DNA of 64,000 bases, taken from contig CBDDIJ010000005.1 in the NCBI GenBank assembly GCA_965228855.1, positions 992,001-1,056,000 of the forward strand. Reading direction: 5' to 3'. The position numbers and the translations under genes were made by a program. Positions 40,714-50,984 of the stretch are shown here, piece after piece. Below the pieces are notes generated by a model. It worked only from the letters and a program-made list of their open reading frames with translations, was not told the DNA's origin and did not search any database. Positions within the stretch are counted from its first letter, which is position 1. Every line of letters starts with the position of its first letter. This DNA is from Candidatus Obscuribacterales bacterium (GTDB lineage: Bacteria; Cyanobacteriota; Vampirovibrionia; Obscuribacterales; Obscuribacteraceae).

Positions 40714-42269
40714 ACAGTGACGACAGGTCTAAACTTGCCGAATGCTGTCTTCAAAGTCTTACTGATCTCACCGACGGTGGCATAGGCTTCCACCGCCTCG
40801 AGAATAAACGGCATCAAATTGTCGGTTCCCTGAGCAGCAGCCAGCAGCTTGGCAAGCGACTCTTCGACTCTGGCATTGTCGCGAGTTTCTTTTACTCGCT
40901 TCAAATCACGCACCTGCTCTTCTTCCAGCTTTGGATCGACTCGTAAAAGTGGAATCGACGGATCATCAGCATCGATGAAATCGTTGACGCCGACAACGAT
41001 TTGCTCTTTCGACTCCACGGCTTTGTGATACTCGTAGGCCGAATTCTGAATCTCTTTTTGAATGAAACCGCTCTCGACAGCTTGAATTGCACCGCCCATA
41101 TCTTCAATGCGTTTGAGATAGACTCGAACGTCTTTCTCGATTTGATCGGTGAGACTCTCGACGTAATAAGAGCCGCCAAAGGGGTCTACGACATTAGTCA
41201 CACCAGTTTCAAACGCGATAATTTGCTGCGTTCTCAGCGCCGTCAGGGCTGACGCCTCGCTTGGCAGTGAAAGCGCTTCGTCTTTTGAATTCGTATGCAA
41301 CGATTGAGTTCCGCCAATAACTGCAGCCAGAGCCTCGACAGCAGTGCGAACGATGTTGTTGTCCGGTTGCTGTTGGGTCAGGGAACTGCCGGCGGTTTGA
41401 GTGTGAAAGCGCAACATCAGCGACTTTGGATCTTGAGCGTTGAAACGGTCTTTCATGATGCTCGCCCAGATGCGGCGCGCCGCGCGGAACTTCGCGACTT
41501 CCTCGAAGAAATTCATTTGAGCAACGAAGAAGAAGCTGAGCTGAGGCGCAAATTCATCGACGGACAAACCGCGAGAAATTGCCGCCTCTACATATTGAAT
41601 CGCGTTGGCGAAAGTGAACGCCAGCTCTTGAGTCGCAGTAGCACCAGCTTCCCTGATGTGATACCCGGAGATGGAAATCGTATTCCACTTCGGCATTTCT
41701 TTCGCGCAAAATTCGAAGATGTCGCAAATCAGACGCATTGAGCCGGTCGGCGGGAAGATGTATGTGTTTCTAGCTTCGTACTCTTTGAGAATGTCGTTTT
41801 GAATCGTGCCGTTGAGCAACTTCGGATCGACGCCTTGTTTCTTGCCTACCGCGCGATACATAGCAAGAAGGATCGAGCTGGTCGCGTTGATGGTCATCGA
41901 GGTTGAAACCTTCGAAAGGTCGATCTGGTCGAAGAGTTTTTCCATATCGGCGAGTGTATCGATAGCCACTCCGGTGCGTCCTACTTCGCCAAACGCCATC
42001 GGGTCGTCGCTGTCGATGCCCATCTGAGTCGGCAGATCGAACGCCGTCGACAAACCGGTCTGCCCGTTACCTAATAGATATCTAAACCTTTTGTTGGTTT
42101 CGGTAGCGTTTCCGAAGCCCGCGTACTGCCTCATGGTCCACACGCGAGAGCGGTACATGTTGTCATATATACCGCGCGTGTATGGGTATTGGCCTGGCTT
42201 TCCAAGCTTCTCGTCCTGTTCCCAAGAGCTCAGGTCTTCTGGTCGATAGAGGTTTTTATCAGTGGTCAT
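40710..42269 (-). CDS. Methylmalonyl-CoA mutase, substrate-binding (large) subunit without B12-binding domain
   Basis: [57 protein letters not shown]; ends ATVGEIS...F; start 42269 or 42347. Confidence 0.93.
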   Translation of the reverse strand: MTTDKNLYRPEDLSSWEQDEKLGKPGQYPYTRGIYDNMYRSRVWTMRQYAGFGNATETNKRFRYLLGNGQTGLSTAFDLPTQMGIDSDDPMAFGEVGRTGVAIDTLADMEKLFDQIDLSKVSTSMTINATSSILLAMYRAVGKKQGVDPKLLNGTIQNDILKEYEARNTYIFPPTGSMRLICDIFEFCAKEMPKWNTISISGYHIREAGATATQELAFTFANAIQYVEAAISRGLSVDEFAPQLSFFFVAQMNFFEEVAKFRAARRIWASIMKDRFNAQDPKSLMLRFHTQTAGSSLTQQQPDNNIVRTAVEALAAVIGGTQSLHTNSKDEALSLPSEASALTALRTQQIIAFETGVTNVVDPFGGSYYVESLTDQIEKDVRVYLKRIEDMGGAIQAVESGFIQKEIQNSAYEYHKAVESKEQIVVGVNDFIDADDPSIPLLRVDPKLEEEQVRDLKRVKETRDNARVEESLAKLLAAAQGTDNLMPFILEAVEAYATVGEISKTLKTAFGKFRPVVTV

Positions 42270-42395
42270 GCCGGTTGCGCGAGTTGTGTATTTGAGTGGG
42301 ATGCGTGCCAAATCAAGGTTTTCATAACGTTTTAAGACGGCTGTCACCGTATAATGAGGACGCTTTGCATATATTGTACGGGAGGTTCACCCCTG

Positions 42396-43808
42396 GTGAA
42401 GTACTACGAGAATATTCTTGAAACGATTGGCTCGACACCGCTGATTAAAATCAACAAAATAGCTAGCGGTGTGAAACCTTTGATCCTTGCAAAGATGGAG
42501 CCGTTCAATCCAGGTGGATCGGTTAAGGACCGTCCAGCCAAACGCATGATCGAAGAGGCCGAGAAAGCAGGATTGCTGAAGCCAGGCGGCACGATCATCG
42601 AACCGACGTCGGGTAATACCGGCACAGGATTGGCACAATTAGCCGCAGTCCGCGGATATCGCTGTATTCTCGTCTGTCCGGACAAAGTTGCCAGCGAAAA
42701 GATTAATCTGCTGAAAGCCTATGGGGCGGAAGTAGTAATTGTTCCCACTTCGGTTTCGGCAAGCTCGCACGAGAGCTACTACTCGGTAGCCAATAAGCTG
42801 ACGATGGAAATTCCAGGCGCATTCCAGCCCAATCAGTTTGGAAACCCAAACAATCCCATGGCTCACACATTGAGCACCGGTCCCGAGATCTGGGAAGCAA
42901 CAGGCGGAAAAATCACCGCATTCGTAGCCGGCATCGGTACCGGTGGCACCATATCCGGTACCGCTCGTTACCTGAAAGAGATGAATCCGAAGATCAGAAT
43001 CATCGGAGCAGACCCGGAAGGTTCAATTTATTCCGGCGATATGCCTAAGAGTTATAAGGTCGAAGGAATCGGCGAAGACTTCATCCCAAGCAACGCAGAT
43101 CTTAAGATCGTAGACGAAGTAGTTCGCGTCTCCGACAAGGATTCGTTCACGATGGCGCGCAGAATGGCTCGTGAAGAGGGTCTTCTGGTCGGCGGTTCTT
43201 CTGGAACAGCCATGACGGCAGCACTGAAAGCGGCGGAAACGATGACATCCGACGATGTAATTGTCGTTCTCATACCGGATGGCGGCAGAGGTTACTTGAG
43301 CAAAATCTATTCAGATGAGTGGATGGGCAACAACGGTTTCCTCCCCTCGCCCGGGCACAGCTACTATGTAAACGACCTGATGATGCGCAAAGCGGATCGA
43401 GGCAAGTTCCCACCTTTGATTACTGTAAGACCGGAAGATTCGATCAAGCAAGCGATCGAACTCATGGAAGAACATCACATCGACCAGCTTCCCGTGTGTA
43501 CCCAAACTGGACAGAACGTCGGTCATATAAACGATGTGGTAGCCATGCAAGTAGTTTACGAACGCAAGGACCCTGAAAAAGTGCACGTCAGCGACGTCAT
43601 GGGCAAACCGTTCCCTCAACTCGATCTGCATCACGAGATCGACGAATTGTACAAAACCTTCAGACTCGGCAACGCCATGGTCGTCATAACGGACCATGAT
43701 AAAGCTTGCGGCGTCTTAACTCGCTTCGACATCATGTCGCACTTGCGGGAAACGATGAGCAACGATAAAGGTGCGCCTGAGACAAAATCAAAAGCAGGAG
43801 TTAAGTAA
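42396..43808 (+). CDS. Cystathionine beta-synthase with C-terminal CBS domains
   Basis: NPGGSVKDR (PLP Lys), EPTSGNTG, GTGGT, EGIGED, DGGRGYLSKIY, CBS pair; GTG 42396 after GGAGG; TATAAT at 42350. Confidence 0.93.
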   Translation: MKYYENILETIGSTPLIKINKIASGVKPLILAKMEPFNPGGSVKDRPAKRMIEEAEKAGLLKPGGTIIEPTSGNTGTGLAQLAAVRGYRCILVCPDKVASEKINLLKAYGAEVVIVPTSVSASSHESYYSVANKLTMEIPGAFQPNQFGNPNNPMAHTLSTGPEIWEATGGKITAFVAGIGTGGTISGTARYLKEMNPKIRIIGADPEGSIYSGDMPKSYKVEGIGEDFIPSNADLKIVDEVVRVSDKDSFTMARRMAREEGLLVGGSSGTAMTAALKAAETMTSDDVIVVLIPDGGRGYLSKIYSDEWMGNNGFLPSPGHSYYVNDLMMRKADRGKFPPLITVRPEDSIKQAIELMEEHHIDQLPVCTQTGQNVGHINDVVAMQVVYERKDPEKVHVSDVMGKPFPQLDLHHEIDELYKTFRLGNAMVVITDHDKACGVLTRFDIMSHLRETMSNDKGAPETKSKAGVK

Positions 43809-44972
43809 ATGAAATTTGCTACCAGAGCCATCCACGCTGGACAGGAGCCGGATCCGACAACCGGAGCGATTAACGTTCCAATCTACCAAACATCTACTTA
43901 CGTACAGCAAGAGATCGGCAAGCATAAGGGTTACGAATACGCCCGTACAGGCAACCCGACAAGAACAGCCCTGGAAGCCTGCCTGGCATCACTGGAAGGC
44001 GCGAAGCACGGGTTGTGTTTCGGTTCCGGATTGGGCGCATCGATGAACATCATGCACCTGCTCTCCGCTGGAGATCATGTGGTCGTCGGAGACGACGTCT
44101 ACGGCGGCACTTTCCGTCTTTTCGATAAAGTGCTTTCTCGCTTCGGAGTAACCTTCTCATGGGTAGATGCACGCGACGTCAAAAACATTGAAAAAGCAAT
44201 CAAGCCTGAAACCAAAATGATCTGGTTGGAAACGCCTACCAATCCGCTTCTTCAAATCATCGACATCAAAGCGATTACCGATTTGGCAAAGAGCAAGAAG
44301 ATCGCCACGGTCGTCGACAATACCTTCGCCAGCCCATATCTTCAGAACCCGCTTGCTCTGGGCGCCGACATCGTCGTCCACAGCGCGACCAAATATCTCG
44401 GCGGTCACAGTGATGTCGTAGGCGGTGCCATCCTGACCAGCGACGAAGAGATGTACGAGCGTCTCAAGTTCCACCAGAACGCGGTCGGTTCAGTACCTGG
44501 CCCTATGGATTGCTTCTTGATTCTTCGAGGAGTGAAAACGCTTGCAGTTCGCATGGAAGCGCACCAGAAGAATGCAATGGCGATCGCAAAATTTCTCGAG
44601 AACAAACCGCAAATAGAGCGCATCATTTATCCCGGCTTGGCGGCACATCCGCAGCACGATCTCGCGAAAAAGCAGATGAGCGGTTTTGGTGCGATGGTTT
44701 CCATCGTCGTAAAAGGCGGATTGGAAAACGCAAACAAATTCGCTTCGTCAACAAAACTCTTCGCCCTTGCCGAAAGTCTTGGCGGCGTTGAGTCCCTCAT
44801 TTGTCACCCGGTATCAATGACTCACGGCTCCATTCCCAAAGAAGTTCGTGAAGCTAGAGGAATCGTCGATGGCTTGGTTCGACTCTCGGTCGGTATCGAA
44901 GACACTGATGATTTGCTAGCAGACGTGGAACAAGCACTCGCAAAGGTTCCACAGCTGACCGAAGCGAAGTAG
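43809..44972 (+). CDS. Cystathionine gamma-lyase/synthase
   Basis: PIYQTSTY, YARTGNPT, ETPTNP, VDNTF, HSATKYLGGHSD, LAESLGGVES, RLSVGIE; abuts CBS. Confidence 0.95.
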   Translation: MKFATRAIHAGQEPDPTTGAINVPIYQTSTYVQQEIGKHKGYEYARTGNPTRTALEACLASLEGAKHGLCFGSGLGASMNIMHLLSAGDHVVVGDDVYGGTFRLFDKVLSRFGVTFSWVDARDVKNIEKAIKPETKMIWLETPTNPLLQIIDIKAITDLAKSKKIATVVDNTFASPYLQNPLALGADIVVHSATKYLGGHSDVVGGAILTSDEEMYERLKFHQNAVGSVPGPMDCFLILRGVKTLAVRMEAHQKNAMAIAKFLENKPQIERIIYPGLAAHPQHDLAKKQMSGFGAMVSIVVKGGLENANKFASSTKLFALAESLGGVESLICHPVSMTHGSIPKEVREARGIVDGLVRLSVGIEDTDDLLADVEQALAKVPQLTEAK

Positions 44973-45075
44973 TTCCACCAGAGCGAGTTCGCCTCTCAAA
45001 AATCCGGAACGCAACGAGTAAGCCTGTTGCTGAAAAGTTTCAGCGAAGAAGTATCCATCTGACAAAGGTAGCTTC

Positions 45076-46524
45076 GTGATGAAACCGAACTTGTTTGTTT
45101 TATTGGTGGCTCTTCTCTGTTTTCAATCAGGGGCAGCTGCGAGCGAAACACGCAGTGCGTTCGATAAATATCTGATTCAAGCGGACCGCGATCGCAACAC
45201 TGAAGCGCTCGCCATGATCACTGCATTGTCGAAACGCGATCCGAACAACGAGATGTATCTATCCGAACGCGCTCGTATGCTGATGAATTTAGACCGCTAT
45301 GGGGAAAGCATCGAAGTCGCGACAAAAGCGTTGAAGTTATCGCCAACCAACGCGAGCACCCTGCGAACGCGTTCATACTGCTACCTGATTCAGCACAACT
45401 ACAAAGCCGGAATTGCGGATTTGCTTCTCGCCATCAAACACAGCCAGCCGGACTTCGTGGTTATGTGGCCGCACAACGATCACGACAATCTAGCAAGAGC
45501 ATATTCGCTAACCGGTCGCAACGATCTAGCCCAGAAGGAGCGCGAACTCGCAGCTCTCGACCAAATGACGGAACAAGCCGTTTCAGCCAGAGAACGCGCA
45601 AGTTTAGACAAGTCGATCAAGATCTGCGATCAAGTTCTTCAGAAAAATCCAAAGTCAGTAAATGCACTTGGATTCAAAGGACTCTGCCTGAATAATCTCT
45701 CGAAGTTCAACGAATCCATCGAATACTTGTCGCGCGCAATTGCGCTAAAACCCAAAAGCGTGGCGCTGCTATATCTGCGAGCTGATGCGTATAGAGAGTC
45801 GAAACAGTTTGAAAAAGCCATCCTGGATCTCAGCAAGATAATCGAGTTGAAACCGCAAGTCGTGATGTTTAAATTTGCGTCTCATACGGGAAGACTGCGC
45901 GACACCTTTAGCCATGAAGACATCGACACGATCACGATGCCGGACATCTACTATCTTCGCGGAGCTTGCTATGTCAGCCAGAAGAAGTACGACCTGGCAA
46001 TCAAAGATTTCAAACGGACATTGCAACTGGATCCAAAAGAGTTTAAAACAGCGGCGAGCATCGGCAACTGTTTTTTCAATTTGAAAAATTACAACGATGC
46101 CATTGCAATGTACACAAAAGCAGTATCGATAAATCCGCGTTATTGGCTAGGATACACGGCAAGAGCCAATGCCTATGAACAAGTTGGCAAATTGGAACAA
46201 GCCGCAACAGATTATTCGACAATTTTAAAAACACATCCCGGGGACATTGGTGCACGCTGTCTACGAGGAAACGTCTACCGAAAAGCAAAAGCATTCGACA
46301 AAGCGCTCGCGGATTTCTCGAAAGTTATCGAGTTAGCACCGAACGATGACGAGGGTTTTCGCAATAGAGCAGAAGCGTATGCCGAACTTGGGAAATTCGA
46401 ACTGGCACTTCGCGATTACGACAAGGCGCTCAGTCTGAGCTCTGAGGACAAAGAGCAAATAGCGAAGTTGCGCGCGGCCGTTTTGAAACGTATGGGACAA
46501 AAAGCCGCACCTGGTGCGCGTTGA
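45076..46524 (+). CDS. Exported TPR protein
   Basis: Signal peptide; about ten canonical TPRs (e.g. YYLRGACYVSQKKYDLAIKDF). Confidence 0.88.
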   Translation: MMKPNLFVLLVALLCFQSGAAASETRSAFDKYLIQADRDRNTEALAMITALSKRDPNNEMYLSERARMLMNLDRYGESIEVATKALKLSPTNASTLRTRSYCYLIQHNYKAGIADLLLAIKHSQPDFVVMWPHNDHDNLARAYSLTGRNDLAQKERELAALDQMTEQAVSARERASLDKSIKICDQVLQKNPKSVNALGFKGLCLNNLSKFNESIEYLSRAIALKPKSVALLYLRADAYRESKQFEKAILDLSKIIELKPQVVMFKFASHTGRLRDTFSHEDIDTITMPDIYYLRGACYVSQKKYDLAIKDFKRTLQLDPKEFKTAASIGNCFFNLKNYNDAIAMYTKAVSINPRYWLGYTARANAYEQVGKLEQAATDYSTILKTHPGDIGARCLRGNVYRKAKAFDKALADFSKVIELAPNDDEGFRNRAEAYAELGKFELALRDYDKALSLSSEDKEQIAKLRAAVLKRMGQKAAPGAR

Positions 46525-46581
46525 AAGGACAAAAATCGGGTAAAAAGATTTCACTTCCCGTCGCCCCTTTCAGGTGCAGTC

Positions 46582-47904
46582 ATGGTAACGGAATTAGAAA
46601 GAGTCCTTGCTCACAGCCGCGCGTTCGTTGACGACATGGTCAGTGAAGAGTTAAACGGCAAACCATTTTCAAAGGCGGCAGTGGAAGAATCAATCACCGC
46701 GTTCTACGCGATGCAGAAGCATGTTCGTCCGCAAATAATTTGGTTTCAAAATCCCTGGCAGTTGCACTACGGACCGGGCTTGTTTGAAGGTTACAAACGA
46801 AAGCAAATTCGGATTGACAGTTTTATAACCGAACTTACCAACACTACTCGCAGCCTGCTCGAAGAGCAGATGGGCAAACGCGAAACAGCTTACATTCTCG
46901 CATCTATTCAAGCGCTTATGCCGACGCGAAGTCTTTCGATGCTTTCACGTACCGTCGATCGGGAAATAGAACTTCTGAATCGACAACAAGATCATACACC
47001 GCTTGAGCTTTGCCACGGTCTGTTCAAAACCTGTAGCGATGCGAATCTGGCTCAGAATAGCAAGCTCAGATACATGCGCGAAGCAGAAAAACTAGATCGA
47101 AACATCGGTTGGTTTCAATTGCATCACGTAACGAATATCGAGAGCCCGTGGGAGCACCTAATCGTTGACTCGCAAAATCCGTTTGGAGTTCGCGGGCAAT
47201 CTCATTTTGAATGGGATTTCTGGGGCGAGCGACGAGCACCACAAGAGCCACCATTACATCTGCCCACACCAGGTGCAGAATGGAGTCACTTTCTGCGGAT
47301 GCGGACGGCAAGCATCTCTATCGCACAGCGTTTCATTGGATTAAAACTCATCGATGAGCTTGCAGAGGCAGCTTTCGTTTTGCAGACGCTGGGAGAGAAT
47401 GTTCATTCTATTGCATGTTTTCATGACGTATGTTTCGTTAGTGAGCCTCCGATTTCCATCAGCAGAGACGAAGATGGGCGATTTCATCGGCTGGGTGGTC
47501 CCGCGATAGATTACGCAGGTAATTTCCACATCTACTGCTGGCGCGACACACGTGTGACTGCCGATGCGCTCACCGGCGAAGTCACGGTCGATCGAATTCA
47601 GAAAGAAAATAACATTGAGGTCATGCGGATCTTACTGGAGCGATATGGCATCGAAGAGTTTCTTCGAGACAGTCAAGCGCAACACGTTCAAGAAGACGAA
47701 ACTGGAGCGCTATATAAACTCAGAGGAGGTCCCTGGGGTGATTCAATTGCTCTAGTGGGCGTCGTAAACTCAACTGCGGAACCAGATGGCACCTTCAAGC
47801 GCTACTTCCTCCGCGTCCCGCCCGATACCACAAGCGCCCGCGAGGGCGTCGCGTGGACCTTCCAATTAGCGACGGATGAATACTCTCCGCTCATCGAATC
47901 TTGA
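46582..47904 (+). CDS. DUF6745-like domain protein
   Basis: C-terminal GRFHRLGGPAIDY...ENNIEV.R...VNSTAEPDGTFKRYFLRVPP...AREGVAWTF signature. Confidence 0.8.
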   Translation: MVTELERVLAHSRAFVDDMVSEELNGKPFSKAAVEESITAFYAMQKHVRPQIIWFQNPWQLHYGPGLFEGYKRKQIRIDSFITELTNTTRSLLEEQMGKRETAYILASIQALMPTRSLSMLSRTVDREIELLNRQQDHTPLELCHGLFKTCSDANLAQNSKLRYMREAEKLDRNIGWFQLHHVTNIESPWEHLIVDSQNPFGVRGQSHFEWDFWGERRAPQEPPLHLPTPGAEWSHFLRMRTASISIAQRFIGLKLIDELAEAAFVLQTLGENVHSIACFHDVCFVSEPPISISRDEDGRFHRLGGPAIDYAGNFHIYCWRDTRVTADALTGEVTVDRIQKENNIEVMRILLERYGIEEFLRDSQAQHVQEDETGALYKLRGGPWGDSIALVGVVNSTAEPDGTFKRYFLRVPPDTTSAREGVAWTFQLATDEYSPLIES

Positions 47905-47905
47905 G

Positions 47906-48802
47906 TTATGAAGGTTGCAGTTTTTCAAATTCCCGTGGCGCAAGCTGTTGGCGCGCGAGTTCCAAAACGGAATGTGCGCGTTCCGAACAACCTGCTCGAC
48001 GTGCAGCATTTATGAATAAGCTAAACGATTCCGCGTCGCTCGCCACTGCGAAAACCTTTCGCACGAATTCATCAGCGACAAAGTCCCGATTTAGACCCAG
48101 ACTCGCTTCGAAAAGAAGTGCAGCATCACCCACAAGATCAGCACGACAATTATCCACATAAGACGAAAGCGCCTTATCCAGAGAGCCTGGAAATAAAACG
48201 CTGCTTTCAACTTCGACCCACATTCTCAGGAACTGAAGTCCCAACTTATCAAAGTAGGGTTCAATTCGCTGGTATTTCTTTTGACTTAGATATCTATCCA
48301 GGCTATGTCGCACAACAACTAGAGAATGGGATAACGTCATCTGACTGTCGCTATTCGCACTTCTCATCTTCTCGAGAAGAACCAAGTCCGGTTCTTCCTC
48401 TCCGAGAGCAAGGCTCAGGGCCAGCCACTCTTCTATTACCGCATGCGATTGAAAACCGCCGACAATTTTTTCCGCAAGTTCATCACGAAGGTTGTTTAAT
48501 GACTCCCTTGCAGCCGGATAACGTTCTAGCAGAACCGTCAAGCACGACTCCAAAGCCAGATCTTGCATGTTACCAACGGAACCTGTTAGAGATGAGAGGT
48601 AGAGTTCAAGTGCCCTCTCGTACTCTCCTGCCTCGACAAACTGGCGGGCTTTGAAGAGCTTCTCCAATTTAGCTGAAATTTTTTGCAGCCCTGTCGTCGT
48701 TCTCTCGCGCGGCACCATATCATCCTCAACGTATAACTGTCTCAACATATATCGACTATCATTGCACCTAGTCGTGTACTTATTGTGAGCCGACCGCCCC
48801 AA
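47906..48802 (-). CDS. Hypothetical all-helical protein
   Basis: 298-aa ORF filling the gap; true start probably downstream (MLRQ or MVPR). Confidence 0.65.
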   Translation of the reverse strand: MGRSAHNKYTTRCNDSRYMLRQLYVEDDMVPRERTTTGLQKISAKLEKLFKARQFVEAGEYERALELYLSSLTGSVGNMQDLALESCLTVLLERYPAARESLNNLRDELAEKIVGGFQSHAVIEEWLALSLALGEEEPDLVLLEKMRSANSDSQMTLSHSLVVVRHSLDRYLSQKKYQRIEPYFDKLGLQFLRMWVEVESSVLFPGSLDKALSSYVDNCRADLVGDAALLFEASLGLNRDFVADEFVRKVFAVASDAESFSLFINAARRAGCSERAHSVLELARQQLAPREFEKLQPS

Positions 48803-48876
48803 GCGTTAATGACTGTCAGCGACACAAGCAGCTTCGTCACAAGTCGATCGCGAGAAAATAAGGATTCGATCAGCAT

Positions 48877-48897
48877 CGGTTAACAACACCTTAACCG
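48877..48897. promoter_or_regulatory. Perfect palindrome CGGTTAA-N7-TTAACCG (candidate operator)
   Basis: 7-7-7 inverted repeat just upstream of a -10-like GATAAT (48905-48910) between divergent genes. Confidence 0.55.
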
Positions 48898-48918
48898 TGC
48901 AAATGATAATTTAGTGGC

Positions 48919-49032
48919 ATGAAAAATCAAGAATACGAGTTGAAGAGAAACCGACCAAGGCAAACGAGAAGCCTTCCAGAAAGCCAATCGAGTTTATACC
49001 AGAACGTCCAGCCCGAACAATTTAGTCCGTAA
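48919..49032 (+). CDS. Possible 37-aa leaderless small ORF / leader peptide
   Basis: MKNQEYELKRNRPRQTRSLPESQSSLYQNVQPEQFSP*; ATG 8 nt after GATAAT; terminator 4 nt after the stop. Confidence 0.35.
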   Translation: MKNQEYELKRNRPRQTRSLPESQSSLYQNVQPEQFSP

Positions 49033-49036
49033 TTCC

Positions 49037-49064
49037 AACCGCCGTTCGAGGCGGTTTTTTGTTT
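49037..49064 (+). terminator. Intrinsic terminator upstream of the MNIO operon
   Basis: aaccgcc-gttcga-ggcggtt followed by ttttgttt. Confidence 0.75.
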
Positions 49065-49144
49065 CCAGAATAGCCCGTTATCAAAGGGCAAAAAGTAATA
49101 CAGATTTCCAAGCCGCACCGCATCTGGTGTCGCAGGAGGTACAC

Positions 49145-50026
49145 ATGTTCTTTTTTGAAATTTCAGGTCCAGAGTTCCTGTTATGGTACGTGGTCTTTAT
49201 GGCGGTCTCTCTGATTGCCGCGCATGTAGCGAGAGCCAGCATCCTGCACGTTTCCACAAAAGATGTACCTGACGGTGAGATAGATGAATACGATATTGCT
49301 TACTTGAATGGCGGCGCGGAGCAGGTGTTCTTCAGCGCTATCGCAACTCTCGTTGAATGTGGCACAGTGGAACTCGATAATAAAGAACGAAAGCTGACAA
49401 TAAAAGACAACCAAATGAAAAAACAGCTTCACGTTGTAGAACAGAATTTAGTCAATACAATTCACTGGGGTCAAGCAGCGACTGTAGACAAACTATTTGA
49501 TCGGTTTAAACCCGCCACGGAAAAACTGAAAAGTCGATTGCAATCTATGGACCTGGTTGCAGGCGGAGATCGAGAAGTATTTGTAACCGCAATTCCGATG
49601 ATGATTCTAATGGCTCTGCCAATCGGACTCGGAATTCCCAGGTTGCTTAACGGGCTCTATCACAACCGCCCAGTATCATTTTTGCTTATCCTTCTTCTTG
49701 TTTCCTTCGTGATGATCCTGATGAGCGTGCTCAACAAAAATAAGAGAACCACTCTCGGTGACGAGGCTCTGCGAATACTTCAAAAGGATCACGCATCTCT
49801 GAGAGCAAACTTCAGCACCTGCAGACACACGCTTAAACCGCAAGATATTACCCTGGCGTACGCTCTGTTCGGCGGGGTTCTGGGCGGCGCCTTAATCAGC
49901 ACGCTGGACCCGTTTAACGCCGCAAAAGCTGCGATGCACCCGCCTGTATCCGGTGGCGGCGGAGGATGCGGAAGCAGTTGCGGCGGGGGATGTGGTGGCG
50001 GATGCGGTGGCGGTTGCGGAGGCTAA
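49145..50026 (+). CDS. TIGR04222-domain membrane protein with Cys/Gly-rich C-terminal tail
   Basis: GPEFLLWY, YDIAYLNGG...AIATLVE.G signature; RPVSFL, RTTLG; tail GGGGGCGSSCGGGCGGGCGGGCGG; ATG after AGGAGGT. Confidence 0.88.
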   Translation: MFFFEISGPEFLLWYVVFMAVSLIAAHVARASILHVSTKDVPDGEIDEYDIAYLNGGAEQVFFSAIATLVECGTVELDNKERKLTIKDNQMKKQLHVVEQNLVNTIHWGQAATVDKLFDRFKPATEKLKSRLQSMDLVAGGDREVFVTAIPMMILMALPIGLGIPRLLNGLYHNRPVSFLLILLLVSFVMILMSVLNKNKRTTLGDEALRILQKDHASLRANFSTCRHTLKPQDITLAYALFGGVLGGALISTLDPFNAAKAAMHPPVSGGGGGCGSSCGGGCGGGCGGGCGG

Positions 50027-50087
50027 AGGAACGAAGATATCGTTTACAACCACAGTATTAATCAGTTGAGATTCTAGAGTAAGGCAC

Positions 50088-50984
50088 ATGAACAACAGAC
50101 ATACAAAACTGGGAATAGGCTGGAGACCAGAAATAGCGGTAGCAATCGAGCGCCGCAAAGACCTCGATTTCGTTGAAGTACTCTTCGAGAATTTGGTTGG
50201 AAGAGAAATTCCACAAGCTTTGCTAAACCTTCGAGAACGCGGCATTACGATAATTCCCCACGCGGTGTCTCTGTCATTGGGTGGCGCCGAAAGACCGAAC
50301 GCCATAAAACTGAAACAGTTCAATAGAATGGCAAAAGCGGTTGATGCCCCCTTCGTGAGCGAACACATAGCATTTGTTCGCGCTGGAGGCAAGGAGTCTG
50401 GACATCTCCTGCCCGTGCCGAGAACAAAAGGCGCGCTCAAAGTTCTCGTTGAAAACATAAGCATCGCGAAGGAGCACCTGACGGTTCCACTCGTTCTCGA
50501 AAACATAGCGATGCTCTTCAACTGGAACAATTCCGAGATGGACGAAGCGGAGTTCATCACAGAGGTTCTAGAGCAAAGCGGTTGTCTGATGCTTCTTGAC
50601 GTAGCGAACCTTTATGCTAACTCTCTTAATCACAAGTTCAACGCAGTGGAGTTTCTGAAGAAACTTCCGCTGGACAAGGTCGCATATGTTCATACAGCCG
50701 GCGGCGTACTAACTAAGGGCATCTATCACGACACACATGCGCACCCGGTTGTTGATGACGTCCACTCGTTACTCGCAGAGCTGATGAAACTGAATGCGCC
50801 ACCACGAGTGATGCTCGAACGCGACGATAACTTTCCCGGCGAAGAGGCTCTTAATAACGAGCTTGATAGTATCGCAGCCATAATTCAGGGAGGCAATAAC
50901 CATGAGTACTTACAGACAAGAGTTGGAAGCGCAGCAGGAACAGCTTATAAACGCGCTCCTGAATTTAGCCGCGGCACCTTCTGA
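50088..50984 (+). CDS. DUF692 / MNIO (multinuclear non-heme iron oxidase) family enzyme
   Basis: GIGWRPE, PHAVSLSLG, VSEHIAF, LVLENIA, LLDVANLY, YVHTAGG, HDTHAHPV, LERDD: full set of metal-ligand motifs. Confidence 0.93.
   Translation: MNNRHTKLGIGWRPEIAVAIERRKDLDFVEVLFENLVGREIPQALLNLRERGITIIPHAVSLSLGGAERPNAIKLKQFNRMAKAVDAPFVSEHIAFVRAGGKESGHLLPVPRTKGALKVLVENISIAKEHLTVPLVLENIAMLFNWNNSEMDEAEFITEVLEQSGCLMLLDVANLYANSLNHKFNAVEFLKKLPLDKVAYVHTAGGVLTKGIYHDTHAHPVVDDVHSLLAELMKLNAPPRVMLERDDNFPGEEALNNELDSIAAIIQGGNNHEYLQTRVGSAAGTAYKRAPEFSRGTF

Noticed and set aside
48150..48158. Perfect DnaA box TTATCCACA
   Set aside because: Single copy inside a coding region
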